A DNA stretch of 63,945 bases, the filler included, from Atractiella rhizophila (Eukaryota): NCBI GenBank assembly GCA_021432655.1. It is 14 parts of 12 records of this genome, joined end to end, with 100 filler letters (N's around TTAATTAATTAA, not from the genome) between each part and the next. Parts side by side here need not be neighbours in the genome. Positions count along the whole stretch, not along the records: positions 46,803 to 53,101 come from MU272310.1; positions 53,202 to 54,659 come from MU272311.1; positions 54,760 to 57,861 come from MU272311.1; positions 57,962 to 60,171 come from MU272313.1; positions 60,272 to 62,519 come from MU272313.1; 9 more parts are not named here. One strand, written 5' to 3'. Numbering within the stretch: the stretch's first letter is position 1; the number at the start of each line of letters is the position of its first letter. Made by a program: the position numbers and the translations under genes. This document shows positions 51,093-62,619 of this stretch, one piece after another. The notes beneath the pieces were generated by a model. That model was not told where the DNA came from. It did not search any database and was given only the letters and a program-made list of their open reading frames with translations.

Positions 51093-51597
51093 ATGCTCTC
51101 CCGAAGCCTCGTTCTCTTCTCTCTCGCCATCTCGGCGCTTGCCGCACCAGCTGTACATCTTCTCTCGTATCCCTCCAACTGTCGCTCACTTCCTCGTTGA
51201 TTAGTTCACGTCGGAGCAGCAGGATTCGTCCCTTGTTAAGCGGGGAGGCTGTCCCGACTGCTCTCCTGTACGTTCTATCCATCGACGCTCTGCTCATCAC
51301 TGAGAACAAACCAGTGCATTGATCGCTGTGATCAACTGAACAGCGACTATAACAAAAAGAGCGTGCGTCGTCTCCTCTCCTTTCTCCATTCCAGCCTTAT
51401 AACATGTATTGCAGTGCGCGATAAGTTGCGTCCCCCTTTGTGTCTGTGGTCCCGACAACACAAACATGAATACTACGACGACGACGATGACGAAGGGTAC
51501 CGGTTCCAAGGCGGCGTTTCTTTCTGGTTATGAGACTTGTGAATCACGGAGCACTTCCTTCTACGACGCCTGCACAGGCCAGTTGAAGATCGGTTAA
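51093..51597 (+). CDS. Small secreted Cys-rich protein B (117 aa, 4 exons), paralog of A
   Basis: Exons 51093-51152, 51205-51267, 51315-51362 and 51415-51597. Same intron positions and Cys spacing as A, a Thr-rich linker and one repeat module. Confidence 0.88.
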
Positions 51598-52409
51598 GGT
51601 AATGTTTTTTAACATGCCCATATTGCTTGCTGGCTCAGACGAGGCTCAGGTAGAAACAAGGAATTAATTACAAGTTTTGAACCGTAGCCGAATGTAATCC
51701 TCATTACTCTCTTCTAGTTGGAAACAACCTATTGGAGTAAAAACAATCCGCAAGAGCTCCAACGCAGAAAAATAAGCCATGGATGTAAAACGAGTTTTCA
51801 GAAAAGATTTATTTGCAACACACAAGTGGAGTGATTGACCCTGCACCTGTCTAGAGATTGAGACCTTTGTAATGCGTGAAGACCGTTTCCCGGACATTCA
51901 GGGCAATTCACGAATCGAAGCTTCCGCACTCCGCACCTTTCCGTCAGCGAGCTACCGAGCAATCCAGGCCTGAAGCTTGTCGGCGGATTCAGCGCTTTCT
52001 CTTTCACGACAAATTGGTCAAGCACCGCCTTCTTTCTTCTTTCATGATACAGCAGACAAGCTTGACCTGACCGCAGACGAGTCTCGTAGCCCAAATCCCT
52101 TTGCTTTGCTTGGTCATGAGGGAACAAATACGCACGCCTCCTCTTCAATCTGATGCCTTCTTTCTGCACCCTTTGACGCATTTTAACTACAAGACGAAAT
52201 GTACACCTCTCCTCTGTTCCCCTTTCACGCCATTAGTTTCGAACTCGATGTAACTGATTTCCCCTCTGTCCAGTCGTTGCGTTGTCTCCAGTACAAGAGC
52301 GGACTAGATTATTTTTCGGCATCTTCCCAAGTTGTCCATACAAACATCGACCGTCTCACTACTGTCCTCCCTGAGGCTTTAGGACGCGTCCCCTTCTCTC
52401 ATAAGCATT

Positions 52410-53101
52410 ATGGTGCCAGGAAAACAGGAGAAAAAAGTCTTTCGCGCCACAGGTATACCTTTGCGGACGTGCGTCTCCCCCACTTCCTGCTGCTTCCTCA
52501 TCATGCAAGCCATAACCAGGAATTTGACTGTTTTCCGGGTACATATAGCTCCTTCCTCGATCTATGGCAGCAAATTGAGCTCGCCGAACCTCTCCCTGCT
52601 TCTTTCGCGCGTCTTTACAGCCTGCATTTACAGAAATTATCCAACCCTGCTTCTGCTTTTCCTCCTCCAACTCCCACGTCCAGGCAGGCATTGAAGTGTG
52701 GAACTGTAGTGATCGATGGAGATTCAGATAGGAAGGTCAAAGTAGATGAGGTGGAGGCGGAACTGGCACTGCAGGTATCAGAGTGGTTGCAGCTTGATGA
52801 GATCGAGAGCTTGGTGCTAGTCAGGGGAGTAATGAAGAAAGGAGAAGAGTTCAAAGAGGGGAATAAGGTCGAAGTGGAGTTGTTGGAGAGACTTCTCATG
52901 GCTTGGGCAGAGGAGAGACTGGCTTTGATACTTATCATCCAGAACATATTAAGACACGGTAAGTTGATTTCTCTATCTCTTTAGGTGTTGGGTAGGACGT
53001 GATCGCGAATGGAATGCTAGCCGATGACGCGGACTCAGACCTGAACGAATGGGCCGACTCGCTCCTTGGCGAGTTTCTCGTTCCCTCTACCTATCCGTAC
53101 A
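52410..53101 (+). CDS. NUP188: Nucleoporin Nup188-like, 5' part (start uncertain)
   Basis: LSNPASAFPPPTPTSRQALKCGTVVIDG..ELALQVSEWLQLDEIESLVLVR..WAEERLAL resembles the Nup188/Nup192 N-terminus. Confidence 0.6.
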
Positions 53102-53813
53102 NNNNNNNNNNNNNNNNNNNNNNNNNNNNNNNNNNNNNNNNNNNNTTAATTAATTAANNNNNNNNNNNNNNNNNNNNNNNNNNNNNNNNNNNNNNNNNNN
53201 NCCGTCTCCCTACTCTTCGATGAGACCGCAAGAGGAGGAATAAACGCCACTTTCTAAAAATGCGTGCCATTCTTTGATGTGGGAAAGTTGTGCCAGCTGT
53301 GTGGTGCTTTGTACGAAGTTCCACCTCCTGCATTGACTGCATTCCGCTGTGAATGGCAGAAAGTTAATGTCTCTTTCAAGATTTGAAGGAATGCCTGTCT
53401 TTGTCAAGCAGAAGAAATGTGTCCCAGGGACTGAAACATGCGCTCTTGAACATATCCAACACTGCAAACCTATCAAAGTAAACGACATAAAGACACCTAC
53501 ATATTTCTTAGTTGCTCCTCCAACGCTCAAGGCGTGCTTTGCTCCGAGGCTGAATTGCGATTCCCAGCTAATCGACGACAGCTCTCAGAATTGCCCAAGA
53601 TCTATCCACCTTTGAAACTATCTAGTCCTCTTCTCAGAACTCCGTAAGGGCCGCCTTATCAAGTCGAGGAGCTGGGGAGTGGCAATAGAGAGTTGAGAGT
53701 GACGAAATCGCGGCCGGAATTCGCCTCGATCATTCAAAAAAGTTTCTTAATCTCTTTCTTTCGAAAGCAATAGCACTTCACTGTTTCAGCTGTTCTGCGC
53801 GAGATAAGCAATC

Positions 53814-54659
53814 ATGGCGCCTTCCACTCGTCTCCTGCTGCTCGACCTTCCTCCCTCTCTCACCGTCTCCTGGCTGAGGACACACATCCTCTCCATCCCA
53901 TCTCTCCTGCCCTCCTCGCTCACCGACCTCAAACACCTGCCCAAGCGGCACATGGCCTTTGTCGGCTTCAAGAGCGAAGGAGACGCTCAGAAGGCCTATG
54001 AGTGGATCGGTGGGAGCTGGATAGGTGGAAGGAGGGTGAGAGCGAAGTGGGCAGAGGATGTATGTCTTTCCTCTTTCTTTCCTTCTTGGAAGCGTTGGGT
54101 GTGAAAGGTGTGATTTGTTGAGCGATGTGTTGATTGGATTATGTGGATAGATTGTGGATAAGCCTCCTGAAGGAAAGAACAAGAAACGCAAACGTTCAAC
54201 AGCGGATGAAGGTGAAGAAGCAGGGAAGAAGAAGTACGCAAAATCCTCAAATTGGAAAACTCTCGCTCTTCCCAACCCTTCTATTCCATCTACGTCTGCC
54301 AACGCCAATTCTGCATCTACACCCACCACCACCACTGCTCCTGTACCTGCTGTGGAGGAGGAACAGAAAGCGCTGGATTCGGACGAAGAAGAGGAGTTGG
54401 AGAGACAGCGCGAACTGGAGAATGGGATATCCGACACTCAATGGCTCCTTTCTCATCGCGCTCGTCATTTATCTCCTCCTCCATCAGCGGATCCACCCTC
54501 TGCAGAACCACCGACAGCAAATCCATCAACCTCCGAGTCTACGTCGTCTGCAAAACCTGCGGGAGACGTAGAGATGGTCGACGCTGCGGCACTGGAAGTG
54601 GAGAAGAAGGAAGGAGAGTACACGAGATTGTTCTTGCGCAACCTGCCTTTCTCTACAAC
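53814..54659 (+). CDS. MRD1: Multiple RRM rRNA-processing protein, 5' part
   Basis: RRM1 STRLLLLDLP..RHMAFVGFKSEGDAQKAYEWIGGSWI, SSNWK, GISDTQWL, RRM2 start TRLFLRNLPFST. Confidence 0.85.
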
Positions 54660-55046
54660 NNNNNNNNNNNNNNNNNNNNNNNNNNNNNNNNNNNNNNNNN
54701 NNNTTAATTAATTAANNNNNNNNNNNNNNNNNNNNNNNNNNNNNNNNNNNNNNNNNNNNAGAGAGGAGGCAAAGAGAGGAGGGGAGGGGAAGATCGGAGC
54801 GAGGAAGGAGCGGATGAGAGATTTCGAGAAGGGAATCAAGGATGGAGAGGGATTAGGAGCTGTAGACGAGGAGATGGATGACGATTGAACAGTCTACATC
54901 GACTTGGGTGAAATACATCCTTGCTCGTCGGTTCATTGCAATTTTGTGGGCACAATGCTTATGGTTATCATAGTACAGATGTTGGCATATTCTACATTGC
55001 ACCGTAATGGAATGCACCCATGACATGCCCATCCCTGGCATCCAAA

Positions 55047-57460
55047 CTAGGAGTCCTTGAAACGTTCGTTCCATCCCTCTAGTGATTGCATAGTGTCAGT
55101 CAACCCTGAAGCGTCGACGAACATATACGCCAGCTCGCAAAAAGCGAGGTGGATAAGTTCCATCTCGTCGTTCGAAAGCTGGCACTTCATCAGGATATCT
55201 GGATCCCAACCCACCAACGCGAACTGTATAGCACGAAGGACAACAGGGTAAGGCGTGTGCTCCCCCTCTTCCGGTGACTGTTCCCAATTGGACTCATGAA
55301 GCATGGCCATGGAGATGAGTTGAGGACTGACAGCAAACACAGCCCTTAGCAAGGCTAGCAGACTCTTCATATATCCCACTACCATCTCCTCACTCTGCTT
55401 CAAGATTTCTTCCGTCACATTTCCCATCTCTTTCTGACGTCCAACCAGTTCGCGATGCAGCGAAAACACTGTTCGTACGATTTCACAATACCCAATCCCA
55501 AAATCACCTCGAGGGGTATCCATCCAACCTATTGACTTTGACGCAGTTCCGGAGCCATTAGGGAAGAGGACGTCTAACGCGCCAGTGGTACAGAAAAACG
55601 AATTCATGATGCTTGAGAGGTCCTGTATTGTATTCGATACTTGCGTCCAGAAATGCTGCACACGTTCGATAGTAACATTGTTCAGCTTCGATTTCTCTTA
55701 ATTTGCGCATCAAACCGTTGTCAAACTGAAAGCGAGAAAGCCGTACGAGACGTCCAATTGTTTACTAGCAACCTGTACAACACACCAATCCGTACTCCCA
55801 GCAGCAGAGCTATCGGATATCTCGAGCAAATCTCAGATGAGCACTGTGGCTGGAGCCCTACGAAAACTTCGAGCGGGAGACTTGAGCGGGACATGAAGAA
55901 CTGAACATCATCATCGGTAATTAATAGTCGGTCGGTTGTGCGAGAAGAAGAAATCGCATCTCGGTTAAACAGGTAGCAGGAAACTGTGTCGTACATCGGC
56001 TGTGACAACTGTGGTACTATGAGATCCTACGCTGGCTTGATTAGTATGAAGATAGCTTCTGACGGCGCGGCTCACCAGCGAGAGCGTACGCCAGTGCTGG
56101 ATTGCAAGGATCAAGAAAGGACGGCTGTCCTGGCTGTCTATTCCAAACAGACGAATTAGAGGTTGCCTTTGCTCTGTTTCTGAGGAAATAAAATAGTTTA
56201 CGAGAAGAAAATTCAACCAGAAGCAGCGCCGCTAAGCTTCCAAATGTGCTCTTCCTCAACACGCCACTCCCATCAATCATAGTTGTTCCTTTCCTTTCAA
56301 GCACTTCGCAAATCGGCTGTCGAAGCTGACCGTAGATGTAGTTCGAATCCTTGCCACGAGTATCTCGGAAACATGGGACGTCAGACTGCCCTAGGATGAG
56401 AGGATGATTTGTTATTCTTGCACCACAAGCGGAGATGGCTAACTCGCATCCCTTTATTCCATTAGCATTGAAAGGAGATGACGAAGAAGCTCACCTCTGC
56501 GACGTCGGGAGGGAACTTTGGTTCGAACGGCCCAAAGAGAGTTTGTAAAGGTGTCCCTGCCTACGTTCGAGTTGGATTGCTTTCGCTGGAGGGAACAGAA
56601 ACTAACGGCAATGAATAGTAGTTCAGCGGGCATGATCAATCGCGCCACTTAGTCCCAAAAATGAGTCAGCCGCTGCATCGACAATGTTAGGAACATAGAA
56701 GTGAAATGACGAAGCAGATTTCATAACAATCAAACTGGAGGATCGCCTGATTCCGTGACCTCCTTCCTGTGAATTTTAACAAATACGGAGAAAAGTCTGC
56801 CTTTCAGCGACAGATGACGTTGTACGGTACGAAAGACAGACAAGAGAATAGAGCACATACTTTCGCTCAAATGCCCACTCAATCCTCTCCACAACTCATT
56901 CCGAAACATTCTCTCCTCCCCTTTCCTTGTTAAGATTTGCAAGACAGTGTCGTCATCCCTTTCACTACCAAACATCTCACTGTTCACCGCACCGATGTTT
57001 GAATGAGCGAATTATACGGATGGGGAAGTGGGACCGACCGAGCTTTCGCGATCCTCTTCCCTCTCTTTGACAGTCCAGTACTTCCAGTCCGGTACCGCAA
57101 GAGAATTTGCCGTTCCTCTGTAGGAGAGACAGAGCATATTAGATTTTGTTGTACACAAACAGCGCAGGGCTCATTTAGGGCATTTAATTCGGGGGCAGAC
57201 GATACTGAGGAGGTGGTGGTCGAACGGCGAATGCAACGAATGTGTCGAACTAGACCTGTCATGAAGTATGAAAGCTGAGGGAAGTTTATTAGCTAGCAAA
57301 TGTGTTACAATGGTCCTACTCTCATTTCATTCCCAGTGAACAGGAAAGCACGGAGAAGTTGACGCACACAGGATCGGTTAAGACGGTCCCGTTTCTTGCT
57401 ATTCGCTGATGGCGGGTTCGAGGTTGTGGATGTGCCTTTGACAACAGTAGACCGATTCAT
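55047..57460 (-). CDS. Zn(II)2Cys6 transcription factor, multi-exon
   Basis: Spliced KKRDRLNRSC|DHC|LVRHIRC-x22-CAVCVQQNLIC followed by GKRIAKAR. Downstream exons join through canonical introns into a helical regulatory region. Exact 3' end uncertain. Confidence 0.78.
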
Positions 57461-57961
57461 ACCTCTTTAGTGCAGGAAACTATTACGAACAGAAGCAGTG
57501 AGTGTGAAAATATGAAATCAAAGGCACTTTGAGTTAGGTACGGTTTTCACTCGTTCGGTTGTGCTGATAGGGGATGCAAAGCACGCATTTGTAACATAAA
57601 TCTCTTGGAATTTGAACTACATGCCCCAATATCAATGGTAGGCTTGTATCTGGCCTAGTTCGTTGACAAACTAAAATGGCAGAACGCGAACCCGAAAATA
57701 TATCTTTGGAACTTGAACTGTCCATTCAATAATAATGTTTGCGCAGTTGGCAAGAGTGAAAGAGGAGACAATAAGGCGGCCTCGCACCTGGTATACGCTA
57801 AACCTTTACAGCTACTAGCATAATAGACCTCTGGTTATAATGGGAAGGCATTTGCTCACTANNNNNNNNNNNNNNNNNNNNNNNNNNNNNNNNNNNNNNN
57901 NNNNNTTAATTAATTAANNNNNNNNNNNNNNNNNNNNNNNNNNNNNNNNNNNNNNNNNNNN

Positions 57962-58549
57962 CTCTACATGAACATCCATCCGTCACTAGTCAGAAAAGGC
58001 TAGCAGGAAAGGGAAGACGCAAACGTTGCCGAGCGATACTTGCAGAGGGCTTCGAACCCGATTGTGCATGTCCTATCAACCTATGTTGTAATTGGTCAGC
58101 CATTCCTTCGAAGCAGAAAGAGAGAAGGGGGGACACAAACCGGCATGCGAGGAAGAAGCCATCTTCCGTGAGAAAGCCCTTGTTGTCGTCGTCTGACATC
58201 TGCCATATTTCGCCTACGTCATGAACACACAATGTCACGACTCTCTCCCCTCAGAACGCGAAGAAGAACGGACCGAGCAAGAACGGTGGGAGGTTTGAGT
58301 GCGAGAAGAAAGGCACGGCTTTATCCCCAGTCACGACACCAATACCATCGGTGTCCGCTGCAGCCCACCGTCACACGCTACCCTGGATGTGGCGAGGGTG
58401 AAAGAGGAGAGGACGAACCTTTCTTGAAGAGATACTGGAAAGCTGTCTTTTCCTCCGGTGAGAGCTCTGACACTTTGCCCCAAACCCAATGAACCTCTAC
58501 CACACGCACAGCTCTCGATAGGAGAATACACACACTTGAGCCCTGGCAT
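57962..58549 (-). CDS. EDE1: EH-domain endocytic adaptor (Ede1/Eps15-like), 5' part
   Basis: LSPEEKTAFQYLFKK|ADTDGIGVVTGDKAVPFFSHSNLPPFLL|GEIWQMSDDDNKGFLTEDGFFLACR|LIGHAQ. Confidence 0.88.
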
Positions 58550-58768
58550 CTTTGTCTGGCTGCCTTGATGATTTCAGGCACGTCTTATTGAGTGGTCCAA
58601 CGTATGCGCTGTACCTAGATTGTCCACTTTGTCTGCGAAGGCCAGATCGTCAAACCCTATTTGGCTGAAGCAGAAAATTTCTCTGGCTCAAGCGAATTTC
58701 ACTTTTTCGAGGCGTCAACAGAGCAGGAGGAGTACGAAACTTTTAGCATCAAGGAGGTATAAGAAATC

Positions 58769-60171
58769 ATGGGATACGGTACGTCGTTCTGCTTTTCTAC
58801 CTGCACAAATACAGAAATTTACTTTGTATCCCGTTGAATAGGTGATTCTCGAGGCGGCGGTCGTGGAGGAAGAAGGGGAGGTGGACGAGGAGGCTCCTTT
58901 GGCGGTCGCGGTGGACGAGGTGGAGGAGGCGATCGTGGTGGTAGAGGAGGAGGACGGGGAGGAGGACGAGGTTTGTCTTTCAAGTTCCTTCGAAGCAAGG
59001 ACTGTCTTTGAGCGTTCGTTTCTTGTGCAAAGGAGGAGGAGTCTCTAAGCGTGGTGGTCCTCCGGGCCGTGGAGGAGGAGGCTCCTTTGGCGGTCGCGGT
59101 GGACGAGGTGGAGGAGGCGATCGTGGTGGTAGAGGAGGAGGAAGAGGAGGAGGAAGAGGTATGTCTTTCAAGTTCCTTCGAAGCAAGGACTGTCTTTGAG
59201 CGTTCGTTTCTTGTGCAAAGGAGGAGGAGTCTCCAAGCGTGGTGGTCCTCCTGGCCGTGGAGGAGGAGGACGCGGTGGCGGACGAGGACGAGGTGGACGA
59301 GGCGGAGGTCGTGGTGGTGCAGGCGGAGGCTCGAAAGTGATTCTTGAGCCCCATAGGCACCCTGGAGTCTTCGTAGCCAAAGGCAAAGAGTCCCTACTCG
59401 TCACTCGCAATCTTGTACCTGGAGAAAGTGTGTACGGGGAGAAGCGAATCATGGTCGAATCTACAGGGAGCGAGGGTGTAGCGAGCAAGGTGGAATATAG
59501 AGTGTGGAACCCTTTTAGAAGCAAGTTGGCCGCTGGTATTCTCGGTGGGTTGGACGATATTCACATTGCGCCTGGAAAACGTGTGCTGTATTTGGGAGCG
59601 GCAAGTGGAACGAGTGTGTCTCATGTGGCAGATGTTGTTGGGCCTGTGAGTCTTTCCTCTTCCTCAGTCGTGTTGTAAATTGATGTCATTGTTGGCATCT
59701 AGGAAGGATGCGTTTATGCTGTCGAATTTTCTCACCGCTCCGGACGAGACCTGATAAACATGGCAAAGAAGCGAACGAACGTGATCCGTGCGTACCCCTT
59801 CCTTCCTTTCCCTCCATACCTTTCTGACAGAGAAATGGAACAGCGATAATCGAGGATGCTCGCATGCCTCACAAGTACAGAATGCTCGTCTCCATGGTTG
59901 ATGTCGTCTTTGCCGACGTCGCACAACCAGACCAAGCACGTCTTGTAGCCCTGAACTGCGATCATTTCCTTAAACATGGAGGCACGTCTCTTCTTCTTGC
60001 TTCTGCTGGGCTACTCTAACGCTGATGATCCTGCTTGGTAGGACATGTTGTCATTTCGATAAAGGCTAACTGCATTGATTCAACCGCACCAGCAGAGGTC
60101 GTGTTTGCCAAAGAAGTGAAGACGATGCAGGAGCTAAAGATCAAACCTCACGAGCAACTTACGTTGGAACC
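58769..60171 (+). CDS. NOP1: Fibrillarin, 3' truncated
   Basis: RGG domain, [63 protein letters not shown]. Contains a GC-AG intron starting about 59982. Confidence 0.98.
58887..59268 (+). repeat. 188-bp tandem duplication (126-nt exon + 62-nt intron) inside NOP1
   Basis: Introns 58971-59032 and 59159-59220 are identical except at base 3. Flanking exon sequence repeats with a few substitutions. Confidence 0.93.
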
Positions 60172-60271
60172 NNNNNNNNNNNNNNNNNNNNNNNNNNNNN
60201 NNNNNNNNNNNNNNNTTAATTAATTAANNNNNNNNNNNNNNNNNNNNNNNNNNNNNNNNNNNNNNNNNNNN

Positions 60272-62519
60272 TCCCGCTTCCCTCACCGCATTGACGTTGT
60301 CTTGCAAAGACAACTCCAGTAGGTCCATCAGCGGATCTTCCTTGGTCCATTTGGACCCTTCAAACATTCCACTCTGAATCAATAAGGGAAGACTATTCCC
60401 GATCTTTTCCCTCACTCTCCATTTATTCCCCAGACCCATCGTCCACATTTTGACAATCCTCTCCAACATTTCTCGGCACCTCAAAGGGTCTAATTGGGCG
60501 AGAAAGGTGCCCAAATTTTCAAATATGACCTCCACTTCCCCTTCCTCCTCGTCTTCCACCCTTGCTACCTTCCGATCGAAATAAGGTAACAAATCCTTCT
60601 CCGTCTGCTCCTTGCCTATAATCTTCGCAATCTCGTGCAAAGAAGCTTTGAGAGACCGATGAACGTCTCCATCCGTCGACTTGGTCAATGTCTGGAATAA
60701 TCCCCGAAGTTCAGGCCATCGCGATTGTCCAAGCGTGAGGACTACAGCAGGGAGGTTGTAAGCTTGAACGGCCAATTTTCGAGGGTCGAGTGGGCTGTGC
60801 ATGGTGATGGGGAAGGGAGAATGTATGGAAGAATAAAATGAGATTGGGTTTGGTTGATCGTTATTGAGGAAGACATCGACCAGACATTGAGGTACGCCGT
60901 CCGGGTCTTCGAAGAAGAGATAAATCAATCGCCCTGCCACGCTCAGGAGTTCGCTTCTGACCGTCGTACTTTGGTCCTTCTCGTATTTTTCGACTCCCCA
61001 AACGACCTTTGCCCTCCTCACATCCCTCTCGTCCAAGCGTTCACACACATCTGGGAAGATGGATACTGTGCCTTGTCGCACATGCCAAACCGCGTCTTGA
61101 GAGAAAGAATCGAAGATAGGTAGGACGTGAGTGGGAATGGTCTCTGTTGGCAATGCCATGGTCAGTTGTTGCAGGGCACCGACCGCCTCGCGACGGACGA
61201 TCCAGACTGGGTCGGTTTCCATGCGGCTGACGTGCGCTAGGAGTTCGAGTAGCAGATGGAGAGGCAAAGGAGAGGCTAATTGCGCGAAAGAGCTGATGAG
61301 TTGCATTCCGGACAAGCGTGAGAAAGCTCCACTCTCGTCCTCCATGAGTGATTGGCCGTCAGAGGAGAAGGCGGACAGTCCAGATGGCTGGTGCTGCAGT
61401 CTCGATGTTGCTCTGAGCAAGGGGTTAATGGCGAACATCGGAGCGAGGTCGACTGTTGACAGAGATCTATCAGCCTTGCCTTCGCTAATTGAGCGATGAA
61501 ACAACATACTAGGTCTCTCGACAGCTGCACCTCCTTCGTCCCACTTGCCCTCCTTCATCTCCTGACTGCCAACCTCTACTTCCTCCCTCATCTCCCTCTC
61601 CTCTCTCTCCCTCTCTCTCCTCTCCATCTCTCTCAGGCTGCCCTCCTCTTCCTCCCCCTCACCCTTCGTCTCCGAATCCTCACTCTCTTCCTCTTCCTCC
61701 TCTTCATCTTTCCCATCCACCAACGGACCAACCAAAGAGCGAACCAACTCTTCCCGAATCACGTCTTGGGTAGAAAGAGGAAGGGAGATGGAAGGGAGCA
61801 CAGTGTCGAAGAAAGACACAATGGAATCGCGCGCGCACTCTGCGACTCGTCCGGCGTCTGAATCGTCAGAGAGGAGGACGAGAAGGATCGGAGTAAAAGC
61901 GTGGATGGAGATCTCAGTGTCCTGCTCTCCCATCGCACTTCCTTCCCTGGCCTCCTTGAGCGGACAATTCTGCATCCATGTCAGCTCTTGCTTCAAATTG
62001 GAGAAATAGGTAGAGGGAAGGACGAACCTTGAAGAAGAAAGCCATGACTCCAGCCATGCCAGTAGCCATCGCAAACCTCACCGGGAAATCGTCCATGACC
62101 AACGATTCGATGAGCGGGAGGATATATTCCCTCGCATCCTCCGTCCCAATCTTCTCAGCAGCCAGCTCAGCCTGACCCGACTTCAGTTTCCCCTCTGCCT
62201 CCGCCTCCTCATCGGCGGTTGCAACAGAGAGCCAAACCGGGAGATTCTCAGCAGCATGAATGCGATGGCCGATGATCGACGACTTTCCACACACAATGAT
62301 CCTCTCCAAAAGCGTGAGTTCCATCTCGTCCTCCTTCTTCCACCCAAACATTTCATCCGCTTCCAATCCAGATCCCGTCAAGGACGATTCGTCCATGGAG
62401 AGTCCGAGGCTGTCAACAGAGAGTGGGGGGAATGCGGCGACCATTGGGCTTGGAGGTTGAGGTTGAGGAGGATGGAGAGTCGATGGCGGATGGAAGTCTT
62501 TGACGGTCTCCTCTCCCAT
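60272..62519 (-). CDS. HEAT-repeat phosphatase regulatory subunit (PP4R1-like), both ends truncated
   Basis: LTLLERI, DPVWIVRREAVGAL, DAVWHVRQG, AYNLPAVVLTLGQSRWPELR, SLKASLHEIAKIIG, KWRVRE, LQDNVNAVREA. Confidence 0.8.
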
Positions 62520-62619
62520 NNNNNNNNNNNNNNNNNNNNNNNNNNNNNNNNNNNNNNNNNNNNTTAATTAATTAANNNNNNNNNNNNNNNNNNNNNNNNN
62601 NNNNNNNNNNNNNNNNNNN

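Noticed and set aside
59982..60041. GC-AG intron in NOP1
   Set aside because: Real but a common minor splice class in basidiomycetes.
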